This document shows positions 39,481-49,095 of a DNA stretch of 64,000 nucleotides, in pieces (position 1 is the first letter of the stretch; every line of letters begins with the position of its first letter). The stretch spans positions 3,040,001 to 3,104,000 of the forward strand of contig OZ245011.1 in assembly GCA_965223665.1 (NCBI GenBank), given 5' to 3'. Origin of the DNA: Nitrospinaceae bacterium. GTDB taxonomy: Bacteria; Nitrospinota; Nitrospinia; Nitrospinales; Nitrospinaceae. The position numbers and the translations under genes were made by a program. The notes beneath the pieces are model-generated. The model was given only the letters and a program-made list of their open reading frames with translations, ran no database searches and was not told where the DNA came from.

Positions 39481-40773
39481 ATGAAGGTCAATAATAAATC
39501 GCTGATTGATAAGTGTATCATTAGCTTCAGTCATGACCAATATGAGTCACGGGTAGCCGCAGATCGATTTTCCATTGAAAAGGCCCAAAAAGAAATAGCG
39601 CAAAATAAAAAAGGAATCAGTCATTTAATTTTACGAGCGCGGGATGACAAAATTGATCGACTAAAATTCCTGTTTCTTATTCATGGTATTCCCCTCATGT
39701 GTTACTCCTTGGGAAATCTTATTTTATCTAGTCTTAAAGAAATTGTTGTTGTTGGTTCGCAAGAAGTAAAAACCATATTGGATTTATTCCTTCAATGTAT
39801 AGATACAAAAGGAAAAAAAATTCATTTTGTTCATGAAGACCCGGATAATTTAATGCTGATTAACACCATGATATTAGGAAGAAATGTATTATCACTTTCT
39901 CCTAATGAATTGGTCCTTTTCCAACCCGGCGACCTTCCTTTTATGTTCAATTTGGAAAAAGTAATTCAAGACAAAGATATTAAGAATCACAATCTCATTC
40001 TTTGGTTGAATTCAAGGGAAGAAATGTTTCCAAGATACCATGAAGATCCGAATAGAGAGTTTGTTCAAAGGAATTATCATTATCGAATTATTGATGAAAA
40101 GACGAATCGATTGCACGATTTAAAAGAACCGAACGTTTATCCTATTAATTTAGGTGCTATTGAAGAAGATATCATTGAGTTGTTACATCAAACTCGAAAA
40201 GATGGGAAAATTATATATGCCGGATTGAACAAAGCTTTGAAACAACCGGCTCGAATGTTACGGTTGTTACCTATTTTGGCAAATCATTTTAGACATTTTG
40301 AATCAGATTTAAAAAAATTCAGGATGAATGATGATTATAAATTTGGAATGCACAGAAAAAACTTTAATCAAGGAGCATCGATTTTGCTGGATACCAAATG
40401 TGTTGCCAAATTAAATGATGATCCTGCCTATGTTTCGGATGTAGATGCCTTGGAAGATTGGGAAGACTTTGAGTCATTGATTTCCTTTGCAAAAGACTTA
40501 CATGGGGAGGAGGGATTATGTTGGGTTCACCCATTTGGGAAAGAATTATTAAAGTTTAAAAAGGAAGCCATGCCCCAGCTTAAAAAACATATTCCAATGT
40601 ATAAAAACTTTTCTGAATATTTAGGGAATATTTATCGTTCTTTAGAAATGAAATACATTCCTTTTAATAGTAAAGAGCAATTCGATGTTCCTCACAAAAA
40701 TCAACATTCCATCGAAATGGCTTACCAATGGTACTCAGACCATACACGAAATTTTATGAGGAAATCGGCTTAA
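39481..40773 (+). CDS. Nucleotidyltransferase-like (MobA/GT-A fold) protein of unknown function
   Basis: KFLFLIHGIPLMCYSL...EIVVVG, PGDLPF, DVDALED motifs; lacks a canonical N-terminal LAGG loop. Confidence 0.6.
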   Translation: MKVNNKSLIDKCIISFSHDQYESRVAADRFSIEKAQKEIAQNKKGISHLILRARDDKIDRLKFLFLIHGIPLMCYSLGNLILSSLKEIVVVGSQEVKTILDLFLQCIDTKGKKIHFVHEDPDNLMLINTMILGRNVLSLSPNELVLFQPGDLPFMFNLEKVIQDKDIKNHNLILWLNSREEMFPRYHEDPNREFVQRNYHYRIIDEKTNRLHDLKEPNVYPINLGAIEEDIIELLHQTRKDGKIIYAGLNKALKQPARMLRLLPILANHFRHFESDLKKFRMNDDYKFGMHRKNFNQGASILLDTKCVAKLNDDPAYVSDVDALEDWEDFESLISFAKDLHGEEGLCWVHPFGKELLKFKKEAMPQLKKHIPMYKNFSEYLGNIYRSLEMKYIPFNSKEQFDVPHKNQHSIEMAYQWYSDHTRNFMRKSA

Positions 40774-40828
40774 AGAAACCTGTTTGTATTAGTGAGTTGA
40801 TGGTCAAGAACTTGATGGCGAGATATTA

Positions 40829-41866
40829 ATGGAATTTTTGAAAAACATTCAAAAAATGATGATGCGGCTTAAACCTGGTTTTGCTTCTTCATCAGTATTT
40901 GCCACTCCCAAACATGTTGCGGTGCGTCCCCGGTTTTTTGAAATTGCTCAAAGTGCCAATTTAAAACCTTTTGTATTATTATCTATTGCTGTCCATCTTA
41001 TTGTAATAATCCTGCATTTATATGTCCCCCTCGATTCTGAAAAAAAGGAGGCTTCTCCACCTATCAAAGTTAAATATGTTCCGCCTCCCAAAGAAGAAAA
41101 CAAACCATCGACATTAATTGATGCCCCTAAACCCAAAAAAATTGAGAAACCGAGGTCGACCGAGTTATTGTCAAGTTTTGATAGCCGAGCGCATTCCAAC
41201 CGAAAGCCGTCCAGTAAAAAAGTCTATAGAAATAAAAAAACTATTGTTCCTAAGGTAAGTGGAATGACTCCGATTCCAAGAAAGAAAATAGAGATTCCTC
41301 AGAAAAAATATTATCCACCTCCTAAAAAGAAAACTATTAAAAAAGAATTTAAGCAGGCTAAAACAGGATTTATTACTTCCCCTCCACAAAAGGAGATTCC
41401 CAAGAAAAAGCCAATAACTAAAACAGTTCCAGGTGGAACGATGTCATTCTTGGATGGCTTTGACCCAGAAAAATATGCATCTTTAGATACGAAATCTCCA
41501 GAGGACCTGTTTCAGGATGACGACCAACCGATTTCATTGGATACAAAAGAAGAAAAGTATGCGAGTTATTTTGCCCGCATTAAACACCAAATAGAACGGG
41601 TTTGGGTTTATCCGGATCAAGCAGCCCGAAAGGGAATCAGTGGAAAATTATCTTTAAAATTTCGTATTAGCAGAGATGGAAATCTATTGGAAGTAAGATT
41701 AGTTGATTCATCTGGTTCCAACCTATTAGATGATGCGGCAATTAATGCTGTCAAAGGGGCTTCTCCCTATTATCCATTCCCTGTGACAATCGAAAGAGAC
41801 GATCTTTCCATTCTCGCTACCTTTATCTACAGTCCTTCATATAAAGCCCAATACCAAGCGCGCTAA
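40829..41866 (+). CDS. TonB-family energy transducer
   Basis: TM with SIAVH, Pro/Lys-rich linker, C-terminal WVYP..A.RKGISG...SSGSNLLDDAA. Confidence 0.88.
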   Translation: MEFLKNIQKMMMRLKPGFASSSVFATPKHVAVRPRFFEIAQSANLKPFVLLSIAVHLIVIILHLYVPLDSEKKEASPPIKVKYVPPPKEENKPSTLIDAPKPKKIEKPRSTELLSSFDSRAHSNRKPSSKKVYRNKKTIVPKVSGMTPIPRKKIEIPQKKYYPPPKKKTIKKEFKQAKTGFITSPPQKEIPKKKPITKTVPGGTMSFLDGFDPEKYASLDTKSPEDLFQDDDQPISLDTKEEKYASYFARIKHQIERVWVYPDQAARKGISGKLSLKFRISRDGNLLEVRLVDSSGSNLLDDAAINAVKGASPYYPFPVTIERDDLSILATFIYSPSYKAQYQAR

Positions 41867-42260
41867 AAATCTTTTTACGGTTACAGATGCAGTTAATTGT
41901 ACAAATAAAATTTGGTTCTCATTTGCTTTTTAAGGATTGAAAAAGAAGGAAAAACGATTTTTTAGAATTCCTGCTTGGAAAGAGTTTACTTTTTTAGTTC
42001 GTGAAAATGATTTATTCTCCGTTAGAAGAGCCGAAAAAAGAAAAAAATTCGAACCAACTATTTGAAATCTTAAATGAATGTAACCAGGCACTCAATGATT
42101 CAACGACCTTTTGCGAGAAAGGTTGAAAGACTACAGGCCAGTGTTAAGACTGGTGCTTGCGCAACGTTTACCTGTTTTCAGCCAATAGCTGTTGTTAAGG
42201 TAGGCAGATAAATAAAAAAAAGTGTAGTATCCTATATTCCAAAATAATAGAATCCGGTGC

Positions 42261-43046
42261 ATGAAAGCTATTAACCCTATTTTGATTCTACAATTGCGTC
42301 CTGAAGATTCTATTGCCGACAGCGAATATGCTTGCTTTCTTAAATATGGTGGTTTACAGGTTGAGGATACACACAGAATACGCATTGAAAAGTGTGGAAT
42401 CCCTGACAATCTGAACATAGATGATCACTCCGCTATCATTGTTGGTGGGAGCCCGTTTGACATCAGCACCCCGGAGAATAAGAAATCCCGGATACAGAAA
42501 AAAATTGAAGCTGACTTTAACAGACTATTGGAACAAGTGGTAACGCGGGATATCCCTTTTCTTGGTGCTTGTTCCGGCAATGGTTTACTAGGAAAATATC
42601 TTGGTACCAGAGTCTCCAGGACTTACGGTGAACCTGTGAGCCTTACCACATTGAATATCACAGAAGAGGGAAAGCGGGACAAATTACTTGCGGATTTTCC
42701 TGAGCGAATAGACGTTCTTCTCGGTCATAAGGAAGCCGTTGATAGCACCCCCGACGGTGCAACCTTACTTATGACCGGGAGCGATTGTCCTGTACAGATG
42801 TTCCGTATTGGAAAAAACGTATATGCCACCCAGTTCCACCCGGAAGGGGATGCAGAGGAATTCATATTGCGAATCGATACCTATCGGAATCATGGCTATT
42901 TTGAACCTCATGAAGCAGATGAACTAAAAAGGAGTGTTTGTCAAAGACCCACATCTCATGCACAGGAAATACTGAGACGCTTTGTCGAAAACTATTATAC
43001 CCGCTGTAACCCGCAGTTACCCGGCTCTACCCAAACAAATTGCTGA
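42261..43046 (+). CDS. Class I glutamine amidotransferase
   Basis: GGSPF, PFLGACSG (Cys nucleophile), QFHPE. Confidence 0.88.
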   Translation: MKAINPILILQLRPEDSIADSEYACFLKYGGLQVEDTHRIRIEKCGIPDNLNIDDHSAIIVGGSPFDISTPENKKSRIQKKIEADFNRLLEQVVTRDIPFLGACSGNGLLGKYLGTRVSRTYGEPVSLTTLNITEEGKRDKLLADFPERIDVLLGHKEAVDSTPDGATLLMTGSDCPVQMFRIGKNVYATQFHPEGDAEEFILRIDTYRNHGYFEPHEADELKRSVCQRPTSHAQEILRRFVENYYTRCNPQLPGSTQTNC

Positions 43047-43085
43047 CATTTTGCCACCAAATGAAAGGCGAAATCCTGCATGGAG

Positions 43086-43169
43086 TGCCGAAGAGAGGAT
43101 TTGAACCTCCACGGGATCGCTCCCACATGAACCTGAATCATGCGTGTCTACCAATTCCACCACTTCGGC
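43086..43169 (-). tRNA. tRNA-Leu(CAG)
   Basis: Minus strand GCCGAAG acceptor pairs with CTTCGGC-A; D-loop GGAATTGGTAGAC; anticodon arm CATGA-TTCAGGT-TCATG; long variable arm; GGTTCAAATCC T-arm. Confidence 0.96.
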
Positions 43170-43334
43170 ATATGGGGTCACGGGAATAGGCCGATAAAAT
43201 AGCATAACTCCTCAAAATTTTGGAAAATTTTTGATTTTTCCCACAATATCCCCTCTTTTTTTTGAAAAATCCTCAGAAGTTGCTAAATGAATCATGACCA
43301 AAAGTGTCAAAAATTTAATTAGTTAGCTAAAATC

Positions 43335-43373
43335 GTGACAAAACCGTGACAATTTTGTAACATATTCTTAACA
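43335..43373 (-). promoter_or_regulatory. Four 11-bp-phased direct repeats, Pho-box/OmpR-family-like operator
   Basis: Plus-strand hexamers gtgaca (43335), gtgaca (43346), gtaaca (43357), ttaaca (43368). Confidence 0.6.
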
Positions 43374-43415
43374 TAAATATGCGATGTTAACGCTTCATAA
43401 ATAAGATTTTTACAA

Positions 43416-43598
43416 GTGAATATTGAGATGAATGAGAGACGTGAAAATTCGACCCCGAATTTAGGGTTTTCGGGTTCTGAAGCAAATCCACAGGAAGTAT
43501 GCCGTTTGATTTATGATCATTTGGTCATGAGAAAGCTATTGGAGTTGCAGCAGGCTGTAACCCGACTCAATGCTTTAATTCGGCAAATTGCTAGTTAG
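43416..43598 (+). CDS. Possible small hypothetical protein
   Basis: 60-aa ORF (alternative ATG 43428) in an otherwise empty gap with an amphipathic C-terminal helix; weak RBS. Confidence 0.3.
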   Translation: MNIEMNERRENSTPNLGFSGSEANPQEVCRLIYDHLVMRKLLELQQAVTRLNALIRQIAS

Positions 43599-43635
43599 AT
43601 CCTGCATGCGGATACAAGGCTGAGGTAAGGTAACC

Positions 43636-44661
43636 TTAGCTTTCTTCGCTTATGTCCACCAGTTTGCTTATAGAAAGGTGGTCATGGAACAAGAAATAAA
43701 TCCCACCAATAAAAATTACAGCGAAATTCAAAGTCCAGGCGACAAAACCAAAACTTACGGTTGCCACTTCCGCTTCCCCCATTATTTTATGCAAAGCGAT
43801 CAGGACTCCTGCATTGAATGATCCTAAAAATCCCGGGGTAGGTAAAACTGTAATTAAAATACAAACCATTACTGTGAGTAATACTAGAGATTCCGCTGAT
43901 TTGTCATTCAATTCATAAGCCCAATACAAAGGATAATACTGGAGAACAATGAGTCCCCAAACCAACACGGTTGCTAACATAATATAAACAAGCGTTTTTA
44001 TGCTTTTTACAATCACCAATCCTTGACTGAATGTTTCTGTAAGTTGTACCACTTTATACTGCCATTTCTCAGGGAATGGTTTGACGAACCAGTGAACCAA
44101 AACCAAAGCTTTTTCATGGTGGAAAGCCAATAAGTAAATAAAGGCCATCAGTCCTGCCACAATCATTAAACTAAAAACACCAAAATTGAATGCTAAGTCT
44201 TTTATCGAAACACCAGACCAGGAAATATTGCTATCAAAAATATGACCATAAAAAACCAATAGTCCGGCAAACATAAGCAGCAACATTATCAAATCAAATA
44301 ATCGCTCAACCACAATGGTGGCAAATGAACTGGCAAATGATAATCCTACGCGCTTTCCTAATAAATAGGCTCTGATAAACTCTCCGGCTCGAGCCGGAAG
44401 CACTCCTGCCATAAATCCCACCATTAGTGGAGAATATAACTCTGAAGTGCAGACTTCTTTTAAGGGATTGAGTAAGACTCGCCAGCGAATCGCCCGAACG
44501 ATATAAGTCAATGCCATTAAAATAAAGGTAAGAAATAAATAGGAATAATTGATATGTTCAAATGAATCGATCAACTGTTGGACCGACACATTTCGCATCG
44601 TATACCATATGGCTACGGCGGCCACAATTAGGCCAATAATAAGTTGTCCGGATTTTTTCAA
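43636..44661 (-). CDS. Lysylphosphatidylglycerol synthase TM-like (UPF0104) flippase-like membrane protein
   Basis: RAIRWRVLL, LPARAGEFIR, ATIVVERLFD, LPTPGFLGSF. Confidence 0.85.
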   Translation of the reverse strand: MKKSGQLIIGLIVAAVAIWYTMRNVSVQQLIDSFEHINYSYLFLTFILMALTYIVRAIRWRVLLNPLKEVCTSELYSPLMVGFMAGVLPARAGEFIRAYLLGKRVGLSFASSFATIVVERLFDLIMLLLMFAGLLVFYGHIFDSNISWSGVSIKDLAFNFGVFSLMIVAGLMAFIYLLAFHHEKALVLVHWFVKPFPEKWQYKVVQLTETFSQGLVIVKSIKTLVYIMLATVLVWGLIVLQYYPLYWAYELNDKSAESLVLLTVMVCILITVLPTPGFLGSFNAGVLIALHKIMGEAEVATVSFGFVAWTLNFAVIFIGGIYFLFHDHLSISKLVDISEES

Positions 44662-45590
44662 TCTTGAAGGTTCGTTAAAATGGATTGCGCTAATTCAATA
44701 TCTTTTTTGATTTGTGCGACGAGGGCATCTGCAGATTCAAATTCAATTTCTCCACGAATCCGTTGAATAAATTGAATTTCAATATCCTCTCCATATATTG
44801 TCGCATGAAAATCGAAAATGTGAACCTCCACACTCAATCGATCTCTATTAAAAGTGGGATTAAATCCAATATTGACGACCCCAGAATATTTTTTATCATG
44901 GTGAATTGCCCGAACGGCATAAACGCCGGTACCAGGGATTTGTACCTTGCTGGTATCTAAATTGGCTGTGGGGAAGCCAATTCCGCGACCGGTTTTATAG
45001 CCGTGCACGACGGGGCCCTGTATAGAATAATAACGGCCAAGATATTCCTTAGCCTTTTCAACGTTACCATCTTCTATCAATTCTCTTAGATAAGAACTGC
45101 TCACTCGATGTCCATTAATGGATACTGGATCAATCACATGTACCAAAAAATCAAACTCTTTCCCAAATTTTTTTAAATAAGCAACAGTGCCTTCCCGTCC
45201 TCGACCAAATGCGTAATCGAATCCAACAACCACTTCTTTGACCCCGATCGCATCCACTAGAATATTTTTGGCAAATTCTCTAGGACGTTGGTCTGCAAAC
45301 TTTTCATCGAATTTTGCACAAATAACCTGGTCCACCCCGCATTTTTCAATCAATTTCATTTTTTGTTTAAATGAGGTCAATAGTGGAGGGACTTTTTCCG
45401 GGGCGATGATTTTCAATGGATGTGGTTCAAAGGTAAATATAATGCCGGTCCCCTTTTTATTTTGTGCAATTTCAGCTACTTTGCGAAAAATAATTTGGTG
45501 GCCCATATGCGCCCCATCGAAATTTCCTAATGCCACGACAGGATAAGGTATGGGAGAGGGAATTTGCTTGGTTCCTCGAATGATTTTCAT
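44658..45590 (-). CDS. ribF: Bifunctional riboflavin kinase/FAD synthetase
   Basis: GNFDGAHMGHQ, TFEPHP, GRGIGFPTANL, NIGFNPTF, EVHIFDF. Confidence 0.96.
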   Translation of the reverse strand: MKIIRGTKQIPSPIPYPVVALGNFDGAHMGHQIIFRKVAEIAQNKKGTGIIFTFEPHPLKIIAPEKVPPLLTSFKQKMKLIEKCGVDQVICAKFDEKFADQRPREFAKNILVDAIGVKEVVVGFDYAFGRGREGTVAYLKKFGKEFDFLVHVIDPVSINGHRVSSSYLRELIEDGNVEKAKEYLGRYYSIQGPVVHGYKTGRGIGFPTANLDTSKVQIPGTGVYAVRAIHHDKKYSGVVNIGFNPTFNRDRLSVEVHIFDFHATIYGEDIEIQFIQRIRGEIEFESADALVAQIKKDIELAQSILTNLQD

Positions 45591-45797
45591 TGTTTAAGGT
45601 TTAAAAATTATTTGCTATTTTTCAATGATAAGGCCTAAATGACCCATCAAAAATAAAAACAAAGAATATCCGAGGATGAGTATTTATTCAATGGTAGAGA
45701 AACAATAAATTGGATAGTCCAAGAGGGGTCTTGCTCCAGGAATATTTGTTTGATATGATCCTAGCATAAACCATTTATCTTTTAGGAATTTAGACCC

Positions 45798-46085
45798 ATG
45801 TTTGATATCGGGTTTTTTGAAATCATGATTCTGATGGCCATTGCAGTAGTGGTCATAGGACCTTCCAACCTTCCTAAATTGGCCAAAGCAGTTGGTCGAG
45901 GCTGGGGGGAATTCCAAAATACTTTCAACGAATTAAAACAAGACGTTCTTGATGAAACTGAGGGAGTGAAACAAACTGTCAATTTGGATCAGTTAGAGCA
46001 GGAAGTATCTGCTGCTACCAAGGTGGATGTTGACGTAAACCTCGACCTCAATTCCGAACCGGATATTAAACCTAAAGAAGATTGA
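45798..46085 (+). CDS. Twin-arginine translocase TatA/TatB-family subunit
   Basis: MFDIGFFEIMIL...VVIGPSNLPKLAKAVGR. Confidence 0.85.
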   Translation: MFDIGFFEIMILMAIAVVVIGPSNLPKLAKAVGRGWGEFQNTFNELKQDVLDETEGVKQTVNLDQLEQEVSAATKVDVDVNLDLNSEPDIKPKED

Positions 46086-46170
46086 TCCGTCTTTAAAGAT
46101 TCAAAAATTTCTTTTTTCTTCACTTTATCTTAATTTACATAATTTACCCTTTATTATTGGAGGAAACATA

Positions 46171-46809
46171 ATGCCTTCGAACTTTCTAATAAATAGAAAA
46201 ACTCTCGTCTTTTGCCTGATTGGTTTGCTCATTATTTTTTTAACAGGCTCTGCCCCAGCTGAAATGGCTAAGGAAGAAGGGTCTAAAATGGAAATGGATG
46301 CTCAAGGCCAGGCGATGATGGAGAAATGGAAACAATTTGCCACCCCAAATGAGAACCATAAAGTACTTAATGTTATAGTGGGCCAATGGGATCATGTGGT
46401 TAAGTGGTGGATGGATCCTACGGCACCCCCAGAAGTTTCTAAAGGAACCAGTGACATTCAATGGATTATGGGAGGACGTTATATTAAACACAGTGTAAAA
46501 GGAACATCCATGGGTCAACCCTTCGAGGGAATGAGTATTATTGGATTTGATAATGGAAAGAAAAAATATCAACTGCTTTGGATTGATAATATGGGCACAG
46601 GTTTCATGAATGGAGAGTCTACTTTTGATCCCGCAAAAAACGAATTTCACGAGACGGGACGCTTTACAGATCCAATGATGGGAGAAACCCAGTACAGGGC
46701 GGTTTTGAAACTAATTGATAAAGATCATTATTCTTACGAAATGTTTACCAAAAATATGAAGGGCAAGGAATATCGCCTTGGAGAGATTCAATATACCCGG
46801 AAGCAGTAA
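46171..46809 (+). CDS. Secreted DUF1579-family protein
   Basis: Signal peptide; TPNENHKVL..IVGQW, IMGGRY, MGQPFEG...GFDN..KKYQLLWIDNMGTG. Confidence 0.78.
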   Translation: MPSNFLINRKTLVFCLIGLLIIFLTGSAPAEMAKEEGSKMEMDAQGQAMMEKWKQFATPNENHKVLNVIVGQWDHVVKWWMDPTAPPEVSKGTSDIQWIMGGRYIKHSVKGTSMGQPFEGMSIIGFDNGKKKYQLLWIDNMGTGFMNGESTFDPAKNEFHETGRFTDPMMGETQYRAVLKLIDKDHYSYEMFTKNMKGKEYRLGEIQYTRKQ

Positions 46810-46871
46810 TATATTTAGTGGGTACGGATTTTCTATTTCAGTAAACCAACCTCAATCTTGCCAGGGGTCTC

Positions 46872-47264
46872 ATGCTCAGTACCCCCACATTACATCCATT
46901 TCTTTCCCATTTTCCAACGGCGTTATTCGTTGCAGGAATGGTTTTATTATTTCTCGGGAAAAAACGTAATAATGCGAAACTTATTCAAGCGGCCTCCTTG
47001 AACCTTAGTATTGGTTTATTAATGGCTGTGTTGGCCGCACTGTCTGGGATGTTCGCCGCGGATATTGGTCTCTGGCCCACTCCAAAAATTGAAGGACACC
47101 AAGGATATTCATTTGCCTTTGTGGCTCTTTTTGTAGTTACCGTTGTGTATTCTTATACGAAAACATTTTCACAAATGGCATTAATCATTTATTTTTTTAA
47201 TTTCGTTTTAATGTGTGCTACGGCTTGGTCAGGTTATTTATTGGTGTTTCATTCCAAGGGTTGA
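46872..47264 (+). CDS. DUF2231-family membrane protein
   Basis: LHPFLSHFPTALF motif, about four TM segments. Confidence 0.72.
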   Translation: MLSTPTLHPFLSHFPTALFVAGMVLLFLGKKRNNAKLIQAASLNLSIGLLMAVLAALSGMFAADIGLWPTPKIEGHQGYSFAFVALFVVTVVYSYTKTFSQMALIIYFFNFVLMCATAWSGYLLVFHSKG

Positions 47265-47677
47265 AGAGTGGCTACCCCAAACCTGTGCACCAATTCTCCA
47301 CCAAAATAACCGGTAACAAGAGAAGTGATCATTCCCACTAACAGGCAAATATGGTACAAAAAAAAAGCCCATTTTTTTTTCCGTAATCGAAATAACCAAA
47401 GAGAATTCGCAAATAAAAATACGGTTGATATTGCAAAAAGAATATGAAAACTTAAAAAATTTCGAAATTCATCTTTCACTTCTAAACTTAGCACTCCTAA
47501 AAACCCTACTCCCATTGCAACCAAGGCCCACAAAAATCCAAATCGTATATTAAACCGTCCTGCAATCTCAACGATTTCTTCTTTTCTCATTCTTCCATAT
47601 ATTTCTAATAATGTACCGCTTGTGAACAAAGCCACAGGAAAATGAACCAGCAAAGGATGTATTTTTGAAAAAATCAT
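47249..47677 (-). CDS. DUF2231-family membrane protein
   Basis: IHPLLVHFPVAL and TGYFGGELVHRFGV motifs. Confidence 0.8.
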   Translation of the reverse strand: MIFSKIHPLLVHFPVALFTSGTLLEIYGRMRKEEIVEIAGRFNIRFGFLWALVAMGVGFLGVLSLEVKDEFRNFLSFHILFAISTVFLFANSLWLFRLRKKKWAFFLYHICLLVGMITSLVTGYFGGELVHRFGVATLQPLE

Positions 47678-47698
47678 CGGATTTAACCTTGAAAATTT

Positions 47699-48493
47699 TT
47701 ATTGCGCAAATTTTGCCAAAACTACACCTGCAGAAACAGAAACGTTGAGTGATTCAATAGGTTCTTGTCCTGGTATTCGAACTAAATTGTTGCACCGGCT
47801 TTTGACTGCCGATGAAAGCCCCTTTTGTTCATTGCCGAAAACCAATACACAAGGACGTTTTACTTTAACGTTATGCAATGATTGTTTTGCTTTAGAATCC
47901 AATCCTAAAATAAACACACCTTTGTTTTTTAAATCCCTTAAGGTTGAAGACATACTTTTGCAATTATAAATAGAAACCCACTCTAAAGCTCCTTCAGCGG
48001 TTCGGGCTAAAGAAGAAGAAATTAGAGAGCGGTTGGTTCCTGTGGGTAGAATTAATCCCTCACATCCAAAAAATGCACAAGACCGAAGAATGGCACCAAT
48101 GTTATGAGAGTTATCCACCCCATCCAAAGCAACCATTAAACTATTTTTGCTTAGGCCATTACGAGTGAGACTGTGGGCGGATAAGATCTTTAGCGGTCTT
48201 GCAACTATAACAATTCCTTCATGGTGAACTCCCGCAGCAACTTTATTCAATGATTCCGTATCTAACTGGCGATAGGGAAGCCTATTTTGACGGCACCAAT
48301 TTAAGATTTCCGGTATTTGAGCCTTGCGATCCTTATTAAAAAAGACCCGCAAGATATCTTGCGGTCTTTTTATAAAAATCTGCTGGCAGGCGTTCCAACC
48401 ATAAACGGTAAATTCCGTTTCTTTAAGCGAGGTTCTCTTTTGGGTAACCTTGGGATGATTTTTTTTATTTAAATCAGATTTAGGTTTTTGCAA
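47699..48493 (-). CDS. TrmH/SpoU-family RNA methyltransferase
   Basis: HNIGAILRS, VFGNEQKGLS, IPG..ESLNVSVSAG. Confidence 0.92.
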   Translation of the reverse strand: MQKPKSDLNKKNHPKVTQKRTSLKETEFTVYGWNACQQIFIKRPQDILRVFFNKDRKAQIPEILNWCRQNRLPYRQLDTESLNKVAAGVHHEGIVIVARPLKILSAHSLTRNGLSKNSLMVALDGVDNSHNIGAILRSCAFFGCEGLILPTGTNRSLISSSLARTAEGALEWVSIYNCKSMSSTLRDLKNKGVFILGLDSKAKQSLHNVKVKRPCVLVFGNEQKGLSSAVKSRCNNLVRIPGQEPIESLNVSVSAGVVLAKFAQ

Positions 48494-48546
48494 TCAACAA
48501 TAATCTCCATGGCTGGGTTAAGTTGGAGACATTGTATCAATTGGTA

Positions 48547-48993
48547 TTAACGAATAAAAGTTCCAAGTTTGCGATTAACTTCATCCAAACGATTGATTAA
48601 CAAATCAATAATTTGATCCTTTACTTTTGACATAACTCTAGGTTCAATTTCACAGGCAGAATTTTGATCTACTTTTAAAGCCACTACTTCTTCATCAGCA
48701 ACGATGCTGCTGGTACGGATTCGTTTTCCTTTTAAGGTCACCTCACCAAAAATGGCACCTGGAACCAATTGTGCAAGTGTGACTGTGGTGGGTTGGGTAC
48801 GCACTACGCTAATTTTACCTTGGAGTAGGACAAAAAAACCAAGGTCCACTTCTCCCTCGGATAATAAGTTTTCACCAATTTTATAATCTTTAAAACAATC
48901 AGGGTGATTCCATAAAACTTCACGATCGTTAGAATCCATATCCTGAAAAAATGGAATCTCGTCCATTAACTTAAAGACGGCATCTTTATTCAT
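48547..48993 (-). CDS. Stand-alone cyclic nucleotide-binding domain protein
   Basis: EGE...FFVLLQGKISV, GAIFGEV...RTSSIVA. Confidence 0.85.
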   Translation of the reverse strand: MNKDAVFKLMDEIPFFQDMDSNDREVLWNHPDCFKDYKIGENLLSEGEVDLGFFVLLQGKISVVRTQPTTVTLAQLVPGAIFGEVTLKGKRIRTSSIVADEEVVALKVDQNSACEIEPRVMSKVKDQIIDLLINRLDEVNRKLGTFIR

Positions 48994-49095
48994 TAGTTTG
49001 TTCCTGGATAATTAATAATGTCTATTATTCCAATATAACGCATCTATTTTTCAACTCAACAAATAGAGTAAAAAATAATTATAAATTGGAAAAGT

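Noticed and set aside
43017-43205. 62-aa minus-strand ORF
   Set aside because: It is a translation of the tRNA-Leu gene.
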